Assembly: GCA_046759445.1 (NCBI GenBank)
Contig: JBHICG010000005.1
Location: 32,001 to 96,000, forward strand
DNA: 64,000 bases
Reading direction: 5' to 3'
From: Candidatus Scalinduaceae bacterium
Lineage (GTDB): Bacteria; Planctomycetota; Brocadiia; Brocadiales; Scalinduaceae
The translations under genes and the position numbers were made by a program. The stretch's first letter is position 1, and each line of letters begins with the position of its first letter. Positions 30,431 to 40,143 of the stretch are shown here, one piece after another. The notes under the pieces are model-generated. The model was not told where the DNA came from. It was given only the letters and a program-made list of their open reading frames with translations, and searched no databases.

Positions 30431-30589
30431 TAATTAGTATCTGTTGCGGAAAGCCCAAATATCCAAAGGTGTCATTCTGCCCCCATTCCTAGCTTACGCA
30501 AGGAAGCTATGGGGGTCAGAATCTATATGTATCAATCCTGAAACAAGTTCAGGATGACGAAACCGCGTTTCTGCAACAGATACTAATTA
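30431..30589. mobile_element. MITE-like element with nested hairpins
   Basis: 22-bp inverted repeats TAATTAGTATCTGTTGC(G)GAAA / TTTC(T)GCAACAGATACTAATTA (1 mismatch). Internal GTCATTCTG..CAGAATCT and ATCCTGAAACAAGTTCAGGATGAC hairpins. Confidence 0.7.
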
Positions 30590-30899
30590 ACTAAAACCTT
30601 AAATATAACATGATTTTTTAATTTACTCAATAAATAACTAAAACACTGAGTCAGCAATTTTATTAATCATAAAAAATGTCATTACACCCCTAATATTTCT
30701 ATGTTGCAAAACATACATACTCTTTTATAATGACTGTAAGTAAAACGTTACTACAAACCACTTTTACCACATATAACAGGCTGTCAAAGAATTGATCATT
30801 ACCGGGCATCGATCAGAAATCCGGTTATCCTGCTGTTAATCAAATGTTTTAAAACATCTCGTACATGAAGGGATTCTGTAATATTCTGCGCCGGATCAA

Positions 30900-32276
30900 A
30901 TGAAACCGTATAAGCGATATATCCTGATATCTTTGTTGGTTATGCTCATACTTGTGATTGTCCTTCCGTGCTCGTTGGTCGTTCTTGTTCTTGAACGCAA
31001 ACCAGTTGTCACAAGTGTTCAAACGATCAATACTGATGACGCAGTCAGAACCCGCGCATTAGTAAAGAAGCTTATTCGTGATTTACAAAACAGCAAAGAC
31101 CAACCTCTCACCATTTCAGCTACCGAAGATGATATTAACGGTGTATTCTCATTCACTCACCGATCAGTACCAGGAATAACCGGCAATGTCCTGATTACGC
31201 CTGAACTATTCGAAATGTTAGTAGCCATAAAAATCCCCCATAACCCGGTTGGTGACTACATGAATGTCAGTTTCAACATTGAGCCGTCTGCCTCAGGGCT
31301 TCGAATAGTTAGGGCATCGCTAGGCAGAATTTCTATTCCAGGTTCAATCGCACGATATCTTATTGCTTTTTTCCTTGATCTGACGTTTGGTTATAATCAA
31401 GGGGGATTCCTTCTGGCTTCTATAGATTCAGTCGTTCTCACAGATACCAGTATAAGCGTTCATATGAAGCCGATTCCAGATTTGAAACAGCATGAACAAG
31501 AGATGAGGAAGCGTTTCAAATATGTCAGGGATGAAGTAGCCATCATGGGAAAACCAGAGACCGTCCGAGTCTATTACGCTAAACTAAAAGAACTCTCGGA
31601 AAAAGTGCCCACTAACGAACCTGTCTCACTGACCTGTTTTATTGGCCCGCTGTTTAAGTTTGCGCGGGACAGAGGGGGCGACCCGGCTGATGAAAATCGC
31701 GCAGCCATACTGGCACTTGGCATATACTTCGGCCACTGGCGAGTTGAGCAGATGATTGGACACGTACGAATCGGTGAGATGAAAATGCACCGTCGTCAAA
31801 CAAATAATGTAGTTCTTGCCGGTCGTGTTGATCTCAGGCTACATTTCATCTTATCTGCCGTACTTGAGATTGCATCCAAAAGGGGTATCACCCATGCCAT
31901 TGGAGAATTTAAGGAACTTCTGGATGCTGGGCATGGGGGAAGTGGTTTCAGTTTCGTAGACCTTGCCGCAGACCGGGCTGGTGTTAGGTTTGCCGAAACG
32001 GCTACTAATTCCGGTACCGCCAGGAGAATGCAACGCTTGCTAGGAGAAAATCTGAGGGAGGACCAGTTTTTTCCAAGTATAGAAGGCCTACCTGAGAGAT
32101 TGTCGAAGGAGGTCTTTGAACATTATTTCGGTAATGTAAAAAGTGATATCTACGTCTCCCTGATTCATGACATCGACACCTGTATTGGGCAACTTCCCGC
32201 TTATACAGATGTAAGACGTGAAACCGGTTTGAATGACTGCAACGTTGTATCCGTTATTCCAGAAGACCTCCTGTAA
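30900..32276 (+). CDS. Conserved hypothetical membrane-anchored protein
   Basis: N-terminal TM helix. C-terminal motif R.DL..HF..SA...IGEFKELLD...GGSGFSF.DLAADRAG looks like a conserved family signature. Confidence 0.7.
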   Translation: MKPYKRYILISLLVMLILVIVLPCSLVVLVLERKPVVTSVQTINTDDAVRTRALVKKLIRDLQNSKDQPLTISATEDDINGVFSFTHRSVPGITGNVLITPELFEMLVAIKIPHNPVGDYMNVSFNIEPSASGLRIVRASLGRISIPGSIARYLIAFFLDLTFGYNQGGFLLASIDSVVLTDTSISVHMKPIPDLKQHEQEMRKRFKYVRDEVAIMGKPETVRVYYAKLKELSEKVPTNEPVSLTCFIGPLFKFARDRGGDPADENRAAILALGIYFGHWRVEQMIGHVRIGEMKMHRRQTNNVVLAGRVDLRLHFILSAVLEIASKRGITHAIGEFKELLDAGHGGSGFSFVDLAADRAGVRFAETATNSGTARRMQRLLGENLREDQFFPSIEGLPERLSKEVFEHYFGNVKSDIYVSLIHDIDTCIGQLPAYTDVRRETGLNDCNVVSVIPEDLL

Positions 32277-32544
32277 ATCGCTCAGATATAAGTTGCAGGC
32301 ACATGCTTCTTTTTAATCTAATGTACAAACAAAACACAGTCAAAACAAGCGAAAGTTCAGGTGCATATCCCGGAAGTTGTCTGTCTGTTTGATACGTTTA
32401 TCCCTTATTTCCCCCCACTTCTTGCTTTCACAAGAAAGCCGTGGGGGGACTAAAGGGATGTGTATTCTCTGTTTTACTTTAAATTCATCGATAAAACTAT
32501 CAATTGGTTTTCGTCGATGAAAGTCATATCCCATCATTTTCATA

Positions 32545-32608
32545 TGCTGGTTCAGGCTTGTAGCCTGAACCAAAACGTTTAGGTTCAATCAACATGATTG
32601 AACCAGCA
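32545..32608. repeat. REP-like inverted hairpin doublet
   Basis: TGCTGGTTCAGGC-TTGTA-GCCTGAACCA and GGTTCAATC-AACAT-GATTGAACCAGCA. Outer ends TGCTGGTTCA/TGAACCAGCA are complementary. Confidence 0.7.
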
Positions 32609-32738
32609 GAAATCTTTACAGGTTGTCCGAGAATTGTCATTAAAATCATAAGTTGCGTACACAGGATTATGAATACCATAAGGGCAAAAGAAAAATTTAA
32701 GTAGAAAAGGAGGCATTTTGTAATGATGAGTTTTAAAA

Positions 32739-33488
32739 TCAATGCATTACCTTACCACCATCTACTACCAAACAATTTCCTGTAACAAAGTCAGACCAGT
32801 TGGATGCGTAGAAAAGGACGGCTTTGGCTACATCTTTGGGTAATGTAAGACGCCCTAATGGTGTTTGTTGAGCTATTGATTCCTGGATATGAGGGGGTGC
32901 ATGAGGCGTTCTCTTTGATAGTGTAAAACCTGTATTTATTAGATTGACGGTTATCCCAAAAGCGCCTAAATCAACCGCAAGGCTCCTTGTAAAACCAATC
33001 AGTGCTGATTGAGCTGTTATATAACAACTGTATCCTTTTACGGGTTCATTAACCATACTATCCAATATATTTATGATCCTTCCCCATTTCTTGTTTTTCA
33101 TCTTTCCAATAACTGCCTGACAGCAATTGTATGCCCCTTTTATTGTGCCGTATAAGTTTGTTTCGTATTCATCCCATTTAGTTTCATCGAAGGAATTTCG
33201 TCTTATGGTACCGTGTACGTTGTTCACAAGAATATCTACACTACCAAACTGTCTGACAGTTTCCTCGACCATACCATGCACATCTTCTTTTAAAGTCACA
33301 TCAGCTTGCCATACTATTGCCTTTCCTCCATTGTTTAAGATCTTTTTCTGAACTGATTCTGCCTCTTCATTCCTTTTAAGATAGTTTATGGTAACTGATG
33401 CACCTTCAGATGCCATTAGTTCAGAAATTGCTCTCCCTTTATCACTACTACCACCTGTTACTATTGCAACTTTGCCTTTCAGTTTCAA
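32739..33488 (-). CDS. Short-chain dehydrogenase/reductase (FabG-like)
   Basis: KVAIVTGG, VDILVNN, GITVNLI, TPLGR and FVTG..LVVDGG motifs. TTG start with SD GAGGTG. Confidence 0.85.
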   Translation of the reverse strand: MKLKGKVAIVTGGSSDKGRAISELMASEGASVTINYLKRNEEAESVQKKILNNGGKAIVWQADVTLKEDVHGMVEETVRQFGSVDILVNNVHGTIRRNSFDETKWDEYETNLYGTIKGAYNCCQAVIGKMKNKKWGRIINILDSMVNEPVKGYSCYITAQSALIGFTRSLAVDLGAFGITVNLINTGFTLSKRTPHAPPHIQESIAQQTPLGRLTLPKDVAKAVLFYASNWSDFVTGNCLVVDGGKVMH

Positions 33489-33713
33489 AAAATCACCTCG
33501 CTTTTTTTATAAGATATCAGGATGAATAAAAAGCTTGTCCTGGTAAAAGCCTTGTGGTTTTATATTCCTCAAAAATATTTTACATGAACAACATTAATTC
33601 TGATTATTATAATGTTTAATAGTTTGTAATAGTTAATAAAAAATACATAAATTTTGAAAAAACTTAAACAAATTGAAAGAGGAAAGTAAAGTATATGCAA
33701 TTTGCTCGCAAAA

Positions 33714-34016
33714 CTATCCCTTTACTACTTCAAAGATAACTGTACCTCCACCTGTATATTCACAAGGGTCAAGGCATTGGAGATATGCCCTTCTCCCTTT
33801 TCTGGCCAGTCCAAGCTCAGTGGGTGCAATGCCTCTTGAAAGTGCGACATAATAAGGAAATATAGAACCAAGCGAGTGCATGCATATATTATCCGTCCCC
33901 TTCATATTTAGCTTATATCCTTCATCTATAACAATCTTTTCACCTGGTTTGTAAACAGGACAAATACCCCTTATCTCCTTAACCTTAATCGTTAACCTCT
34001 TAATATCTTTTTTCAT
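33714..34016 (-). CDS. TIGR04076-like Cys-containing small protein
   Basis: V.EIRG.CPVYKPGEKI...ICMH......QCLDP...GGGTVIFE pattern. Confidence 0.75.
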   Translation of the reverse strand: MKKDIKRLTIKVKEIRGICPVYKPGEKIVIDEGYKLNMKGTDNICMHSLGSIFPYYVALSRGIAPTELGLARKGRRAYLQCLDPCEYTGGGTVIFEVVKG

Positions 34017-34311
34017 TTCTACTCTCCTACAAATGCTTCGGAATTTTTATATATCTAAAAAACATACCTGCAATGAGGAAATGTGTTTCTCACTTAATAA
34101 TCATACCATAAATTCCAAAAAACAGGTTTTGTCATCTTTTGTTGAAAGTTCGTATCTCTTTTGTCATTATTGCCTTATGAACAAACAAAAAGAAAGTGTT
34201 GTTTCTTGTAAACATGCTATGACATTAAAAGTGTAATTATTTATTTTACTCAATAGTCATAAGTGTTTTTTTGTTAATAAGTTATATCATTTTTATTAGA
34301 AGTTACATTTC

Positions 34312-34326
34312 TGGTTAAATTTTTGC
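34312..34326 (+). promoter_or_regulatory. Possible sigma54 promoter for the glycan cluster
   Basis: TGG-TTAAATTT-TTGC has exact -24/-12 spacing, ~230 bp upstream of 34559. Confidence 0.45.
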
Positions 34327-34558
34327 GCTTATAAACATCCTCATTTTAATAAAGTTAAGTTGTTTTTAGCAAAATTATAGTGAAATCAACTCCCTACGTT
34401 GCATCTTCAAATGTAACTGAGAGGGCGGAGCTGTGCCGACTTATTAGGAATTAAAATATTAAATCCAAAACCATTTCCCTTTTCCATTATCAATAATGAA
34501 TGAAGATTGGGTTTGTGCAGTAGGGTTTTTCTTTATTTAACAAATACAAATTATTTCA

Positions 34559-35584
34559 ATGTCTAATCAACCTTTTGTCTCGGTTATTATTCCTATACAT
34601 AATGGTGGCAAACATATCGAGAAGTTTCTGGATGCCTTAATTACTTCGTCTTATCCATCTTTTGAAATCATTATGGTAGATGACTGTTCAACGGATAACA
34701 GTGTAGAAATAGCTCGTCAAAAGGGGATAACCATACTCCAGCTTTCAAGACAGTCAGGGCCAGCTTTTGCTAGGAATTTCGGTGCTAAACATGCTCGAGG
34801 AGAGATCCTCCTATTTATAGATTCCGATGTGGCTGTACGTAGAGAAACTATTTCATCGGTTGTAGTCAACTTCCAGCACAATTCTGACATTGTAGCCGTA
34901 TTCGGTTCTTATGATGATGATCCTGCAGAAGGAAATTTTATTTCCCAGTATAAAAACCTCTTTCATCATTTTCATCATCAATATTCAAACACTGAGGCCT
35001 CTACTTTCTGGTCTGGATGTGGTGCTATACGGAAAAACGTCTTTGAGGAAATAGGTGGATTTAATCAAAAACGGTACACAAAAGCCTCCATTGAAGATAT
35101 CGAATTAGGTTATAGAATCCGTAAAAAAGGGCACCGAATCCTTCTAGACAAGAGTCTTCAGGTTAAACATCTTAAGCGATGGGAATTTTTACCTATTTTA
35201 CGGACAGATATATTTCAAAGAGCAATTCCATGGTCACGTTTGATTCTGGAAACAAAATTTATGCCAAAGGATCTCAATCTCCAAATATCGCATAGGATCA
35301 GTTCAATCTCTGTAGTTTTGATGATTTTAGTAATTCCAATCTTACTTTTTAATCATACGAAATTTTATAGTATACCCACAGTCCTTATTGCAGGTCTTTT
35401 ATCATTAATGTTTCTTATCCTTAATCGGAAATTATATGTTTTCTATATAAGGAGAAGAGGGTTCCGTTTTATGTTGCAAGTTATTCCTCTCCATCTTCTA
35501 TATTACTTTTATAGTGGTACGGCATTTGTTATCTGTTGGATTACCTATAGAATCCCCACCTTTATATCTTCTATTTTGTGGTAA
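34559..35584 (+). CDS. GT2 glycosyltransferase with C-terminal TM helices
   Basis: VSVIIP, VDDCSTD, GPAFARN.GA, FIDSD, EDIELGYR motifs. Confidence 0.9.
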   Translation: MSNQPFVSVIIPIHNGGKHIEKFLDALITSSYPSFEIIMVDDCSTDNSVEIARQKGITILQLSRQSGPAFARNFGAKHARGEILLFIDSDVAVRRETISSVVVNFQHNSDIVAVFGSYDDDPAEGNFISQYKNLFHHFHHQYSNTEASTFWSGCGAIRKNVFEEIGGFNQKRYTKASIEDIELGYRIRKKGHRILLDKSLQVKHLKRWEFLPILRTDIFQRAIPWSRLILETKFMPKDLNLQISHRISSISVVLMILVIPILLFNHTKFYSIPTVLIAGLLSLMFLILNRKLYVFYIRRRGFRFMLQVIPLHLLYYFYSGTAFVICWITYRIPTFISSILW

Positions 35585-35593
35585 AAGATCAAA

Positions 35594-37111
35594 ATGCGAG
35601 AGATCATAGGAAAATTAGATAATAAAAAAGTAGTCATCATTGGTGGTGGACCAGCAGGACTAACCACTGCCTATGAAATCTCCAAGATGGGTGGAGAGTC
35701 TATTATTCTTGAAAAAGACCAAATGGTCGGTGGGATCTCAAGGACTGTCAATTACAAAAACTACTACTTTGATATAGGAGGCCATCGTTTTTTCACTAAG
35801 GTTAAAATAGTTGATGATATATGGAAGGAAGTGCTTGGAGATGATTTCCTAAAACGCAAACGACTTTCAAGGATCTATTTCAATAATAAGTTCTTTTACT
35901 ACCCTCTTCGCCCTATTAATGCTCTATTAGGATTGGGGCTATGGAAAAGCGTTTTGATACTTGCCAGTTACCTTCATTCCCAAATACTCCCTTCAAAAAA
36001 AGAAGAAAGCTTAGAACAATGGGTCTCCAACCGCTTTGGGAAATTTTTATATAGAACATTCTTCAAAACCTATACGGAAAAGGTATGGGGAATACCATGT
36101 TCTGAAATAAGGGCTGAATGGGCTGCACAACGAATTAAAGGCCTCTCCCTCTTAAGTACCCTAAAAAACGCACTAATAAAACCAAAGAACAGTGGAAATG
36201 GAAGCGTTATTAAAACACTTATTAATAGTTTTAACTATCCTAAATTAGGACCTGGCATGATGTGGCAATCTATGGCAGAGATCATACGAGGAAAAGGATC
36301 TCGAATTTACCTGGGAGTAAAGGTTGAAAGAATTCTATGGAACAATAACAGGATCGAATATTTAGAAGTAAAGCAAAATGGAGAGAAGAAATTTATACAT
36401 GGAACCCACTTTATCAATAGTATGCCTATAAGAGAACTCATACAAAAGTTTAAACCATCTGTACCAGAAAAAGTGCTAGAAGCCGCTAGCAGACTCACTT
36501 ACAGAGACTTTATTACAGTAGCACTCATAGTTAATAAACGTGACGTATTCTCTGACAACTGGATATACATTCACGACCCCAATGTCAAACTAAGTAGAAT
36601 TCAAAACTTTAAGAATTGGAGCCCTTATATGGTACCAGACCCAGATAAAACGTGTCTGGGGCTGGAGTATTTTTGCTTCGAGGGAGATGAGTTGTGGACG
36701 ATGTCGGATCAAGAATTGATTGAATTAGGAAAGAAAGAACTGGAGGTGTTAGGTTTAGTACGAATGTGTGATATTGAGGATGGTACGGTCGTACGGATGC
36801 CCAAGGCATACCCTGTTTATGATCAGACTTATCATAAAAATCTAATGACAGTACGCCGGTACCTGGAAAAATTCTCAAACCTTCAGACAATAGGTCGCAA
36901 TGGACTTCACCGTTACAACAACCAGGACCATTCTATGATGACGGGAGTGTTTGCGGCTCGAAATGTAATAGGTGCAAATTGTGACGTCTGGTCGGTGAAC
37001 ACTGAGATGGAATATCATGAGGAAAGTTTCGTAGCAAAATCGAGGGATCGGGATAATTTAGTACCTACAAGCGATGCAACCCTGAAGGTTACTAATATAT
37101 TATCTGACTAA
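35594..37111 (+). CDS. FAD-dependent oxidoreductase of glycan clusters (HemY/UDP-galactopyranose mutase-like)
   Basis: IIGGGPAGL, DIGGHRFF, YTEKVWG, W..QRI, AYPVY, GRNGLHRYNNQDHSM motifs. Confidence 0.85.
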   Translation: MREIIGKLDNKKVVIIGGGPAGLTTAYEISKMGGESIILEKDQMVGGISRTVNYKNYYFDIGGHRFFTKVKIVDDIWKEVLGDDFLKRKRLSRIYFNNKFFYYPLRPINALLGLGLWKSVLILASYLHSQILPSKKEESLEQWVSNRFGKFLYRTFFKTYTEKVWGIPCSEIRAEWAAQRIKGLSLLSTLKNALIKPKNSGNGSVIKTLINSFNYPKLGPGMMWQSMAEIIRGKGSRIYLGVKVERILWNNNRIEYLEVKQNGEKKFIHGTHFINSMPIRELIQKFKPSVPEKVLEAASRLTYRDFITVALIVNKRDVFSDNWIYIHDPNVKLSRIQNFKNWSPYMVPDPDKTCLGLEYFCFEGDELWTMSDQELIELGKKELEVLGLVRMCDIEDGTVVRMPKAYPVYDQTYHKNLMTVRRYLEKFSNLQTIGRNGLHRYNNQDHSMMTGVFAARNVIGANCDVWSVNTEMEYHEESFVAKSRDRDNLVPTSDATLKVTNILSD

Positions 37112-37164
37112 ATGATTAAGATGGTATTTTACTTTGCTGGATTCAACTACTTTAGACTTTTTGT

Positions 37165-38064
37165 ATGTTTGGTAAATGGCTAATGAAAGAATATGATCCT
37201 GTAATTCTTGATGTAGTAGATAAGGAACCAAAATTACAAAGTCAAGAAATAGATTTAAAAACAGTGGAGCAAAGTAAATCCGTTTTTTCCACAAACCAGC
37301 TACGAGAACTCTGGCGTTATCGAGAGTTAATAGTAGGATTATTTTGGACTACTCTGAAGTTACGCTATGCAGGTTCAGTTTTGGGAATCATATGGTCTAT
37401 AGTCAACCCCATACTATACATCGCTACTTACTGGGTAGTATTTTCATATATAATACGTATGGGGCTTTCAGACTACCCCCTCTTTTTGATACCGGGTTTC
37501 CTGGCATGGAATTTTACACTTGTATCTTTATTAAGTGCAAGTGAGTCTATCATCAATGGCAAACACCTGATTACCAAAATTGCTTTTCCAATTGAGATCC
37601 TAACACTGGTCAGTGTAGCTGTTTATTTGTTTGATTTTTTAGTCGCTCTCTCGCTTTATCTGCTTGTGGTTGTAATCTTACCGCCTACATTACCTTTAAC
37701 TGTAGTAGCGCTACCTCTGGTGATCATTATACAAATACTCTTCACTACAGGATTGGCTATGTTAATAGCATGTGGTTCCGTATTTTTTAGGGATATTCCT
37801 AAACTTCTTCCAATCCTTGGTAATATCTTTTTTTTCTTAACACCAATTTTTTACCCATTGAACATTGTTCCCGAACCCTGGCGACTATTAATACAGCTTA
37901 ATCCGATGACTCAGATCATCACATTCTATCATGAACTGCTCTACGTTAGGATTTGGCCACAATCTCTTGACATTGGATTTGCATTTCTTGTAGCTATTTC
38001 ACTATTAGTATTAGGTTTATCGGTATTTAATTTATTAAAACATAGATTTGCCGAATTATCTTAA
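37165..38064 (+). CDS. wzm: Polysaccharide ABC transporter permease
   Basis: LWRYRELI, LKLRYAGSVLG..WS..NP, FFLTPIFYP, LNPM motifs. Confidence 0.9.
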   Translation: MFGKWLMKEYDPVILDVVDKEPKLQSQEIDLKTVEQSKSVFSTNQLRELWRYRELIVGLFWTTLKLRYAGSVLGIIWSIVNPILYIATYWVVFSYIIRMGLSDYPLFLIPGFLAWNFTLVSLLSASESIINGKHLITKIAFPIEILTLVSVAVYLFDFLVALSLYLLVVVILPPTLPLTVVALPLVIIIQILFTTGLAMLIACGSVFFRDIPKLLPILGNIFFFLTPIFYPLNIVPEPWRLLIQLNPMTQIITFYHELLYVRIWPQSLDIGFAFLVAISLLVLGLSVFNLLKHRFAELS

Positions 38065-38080
38065 TTACTAATCTTATCGT

Positions 38081-38848
38081 ATGGTTGATTTAATAATTGA
38101 ATGTAAACAGTTGAGCAAGAAATTTCGATGGTATCATCGCCATGACTCTTTGAAAAGTACATTTGCGAATTTACGGTACAGGCATAAAGAAGTTTTAGAA
38201 TGGTATGTCTTCGAAAACATAAACCTGAAAATCCACAAAGGAGAACGCATCGGTATCGTTGGTAGAAATGGTTGTGGTAAAACAACTTTATTGAAATTAA
38301 TTACTGGTATTTACAAACCAACTACCGGTAGTATTAAAATTTGCAGTAATCGAATGTTAGCTCTCATCGAGTTAGGAGCTGGGTTTTACCCAGACTTAAC
38401 TGGAAGAGAAAACATCAAACTAAATTGGGTATTCAACGGACTTCCTAAAAAAGAGCTTACTCCCTGCTTCGATAGTATCGTTGATTTTGCGGGAATCGAA
38501 GATTTTCTCGATACACCTCTAAAATTTTACTCATCAGGTATGGCTGCCCGTCTGGGTTTTGCGATTGCCATTCATGCACGTCCGGACTTGCTGATTGTCG
38601 ACGAAATTCTTACAGTTGGTGACGCTGAATTTCAACAGCGATGCTCTACAAAAATTGATGAGATCTGCCGAAATGGTGTTACTCTAATTCTGGTATCACA
38701 TAATGCCAGCGATATTAAACGAGTTTGTAAACGTGCTATATGGTTAGATGGGGGTGCTGTACGTTATGATGGTGAAGTCAAACAAACCATAAATGCTTAT
38801 AATAGCGCTGATAGCTTAACAAACAAGAGTATCATGGGTATAAAGTAA
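38081..38848 (+). CDS. wzt: Polysaccharide ABC transporter ATPase (no C-terminal carbohydrate-binding domain)
   Basis: GRNGCGKT, ELGAGF.PDLTGREN, YSSGM.ARLGFA, DEILTVGD. 255 aa. Confidence 0.9.
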   Translation: MVDLIIECKQLSKKFRWYHRHDSLKSTFANLRYRHKEVLEWYVFENINLKIHKGERIGIVGRNGCGKTTLLKLITGIYKPTTGSIKICSNRMLALIELGAGFYPDLTGRENIKLNWVFNGLPKKELTPCFDSIVDFAGIEDFLDTPLKFYSSGMAARLGFAIAIHARPDLLIVDEILTVGDAEFQQRCSTKIDEICRNGVTLILVSHNASDIKRVCKRAIWLDGGAVRYDGEVKQTINAYNSADSLTNKSIMGIK

Positions 38849-40143
38849 TGATCAAGAATTCTCATAATCTAAGGACACGAGTTGCAGTTCGCGAAGTACA
38901 TATTGAGCAACTAGAAAGCGGTCTTGTAAACCTTGAGGGGTACCAGCGTGCGCTAGTCGTATTCCGGTGGCGAGGTGCTGTAGTAGGACAGGCCTGGCTG
39001 TCTGTAATGGGTGGACATATCCATTCTGAGAGGCTCCGTGCATGCCTTCCATCAGTTGCCTGGCCTGTTTGGCAACAACTATTCCTTCAAGAGAGGGATT
39101 CCGCAAAATCATTGCCTACTGCTTCGATAGTGGTTTGTACCCGTGATCGCACAGAAGAACTTGCGCAGTGTTTGCCAGGACTACACAAATTAGCGGAACA
39201 AGGTCATGAAGTGATTGTTGTAGATAGCTGTCCCAGTGACGATAGTACTGCACGGTTGCTAGCCAACTATCAGAAGTTCCGCTACGTACTTGAACCACGA
39301 CCTGGGCTCAATATTGCCCGTAACCGTGGATTGCAGAATTCTACGAGCGAGATTGTAGCATTTACCGATGATGATGCACAAGTTGACTCTGGTTGGCTAC
39401 CAGCTTTGTTGCAAAATTTTGATGACCCAATAGTGGCAATTGTAACTGGAATTACAATGCCATTAGAGTTGGAAACCGAAGCGCAGCAATGGTTTGAGTG
39501 GACTAATGGTTTTGGGTGTGGTTTTATACGTAAACAGTTTGACACTACAAATTCGAGTGTTTTTGCGGCTGGGGGTGTAGGTGCGGGGGTTAACATGGCT
39601 ATCCGCCGCAGTGCCATTGAACATATTGGTTTGTTCGATAATTCTCTTGATTGCGGTACGCTCTCCCGAACCGGTGGTGACCAAGAGTACTTTTATCGTA
39701 CCTTGTCACGTGGTTATCGCATAGTTTACGAGCCTGCTGCTTTAGTATGGCATCGACATCGCAGAGAATGGAGTGCTTTGCGAAATTGCATTTATGGCTA
39801 TGGAGTTGGTTTATTTGCATGGTGGACACGTTGCCTGTTAGTGGAAAAAGAATTCACACTGTTGAAGGTAGCACCAAGTTGGTTTTGGCAGCATCACGTT
39901 CGAAACCTTGTGAGAGCATTGCTGAAGCGTCCTGGACACTTACCGCTAGACCTTGCATTGTCCGATTTTTTTGGGGCGCTGACAGGCCCAATCAACTATA
40001 TACGATCTAGACGTAAGATGAGAAGTCTAGAATATACCGAAGAGATGAGCCAGAAAACTACCTTGGGGTTCAACAAAATATCCATTCCTGCAACAAGCCA
40101 GGTACGTATAAAACCTTTAGTGCAAAACATTAAAGTACAATGA
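38848..40143 (+). CDS. GT2 glycosyltransferase with an extra N-terminal domain
   Basis: SIVVCTRDR, GLNIARN.G, AFTDDDA, GAGVNMA motifs. Confidence 0.9.
   Translation: MIKNSHNLRTRVAVREVHIEQLESGLVNLEGYQRALVVFRWRGAVVGQAWLSVMGGHIHSERLRACLPSVAWPVWQQLFLQERDSAKSLPTASIVVCTRDRTEELAQCLPGLHKLAEQGHEVIVVDSCPSDDSTARLLANYQKFRYVLEPRPGLNIARNRGLQNSTSEIVAFTDDDAQVDSGWLPALLQNFDDPIVAIVTGITMPLELETEAQQWFEWTNGFGCGFIRKQFDTTNSSVFAAGGVGAGVNMAIRRSAIEHIGLFDNSLDCGTLSRTGGDQEYFYRTLSRGYRIVYEPAALVWHRHRREWSALRNCIYGYGVGLFAWWTRCLLVEKEFTLLKVAPSWFWQHHVRNLVRALLKRPGHLPLDLALSDFFGALTGPINYIRSRRKMRSLEYTEEMSQKTTLGFNKISIPATSQVRIKPLVQNIKVQ

Noticed and set aside
32340..32742. ORFs 32340-32588 and 32524-32742 as genes
   Set aside because: No recognisable motifs, they overlap each other and they run through a REP-like doublet. 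Probably spurious.
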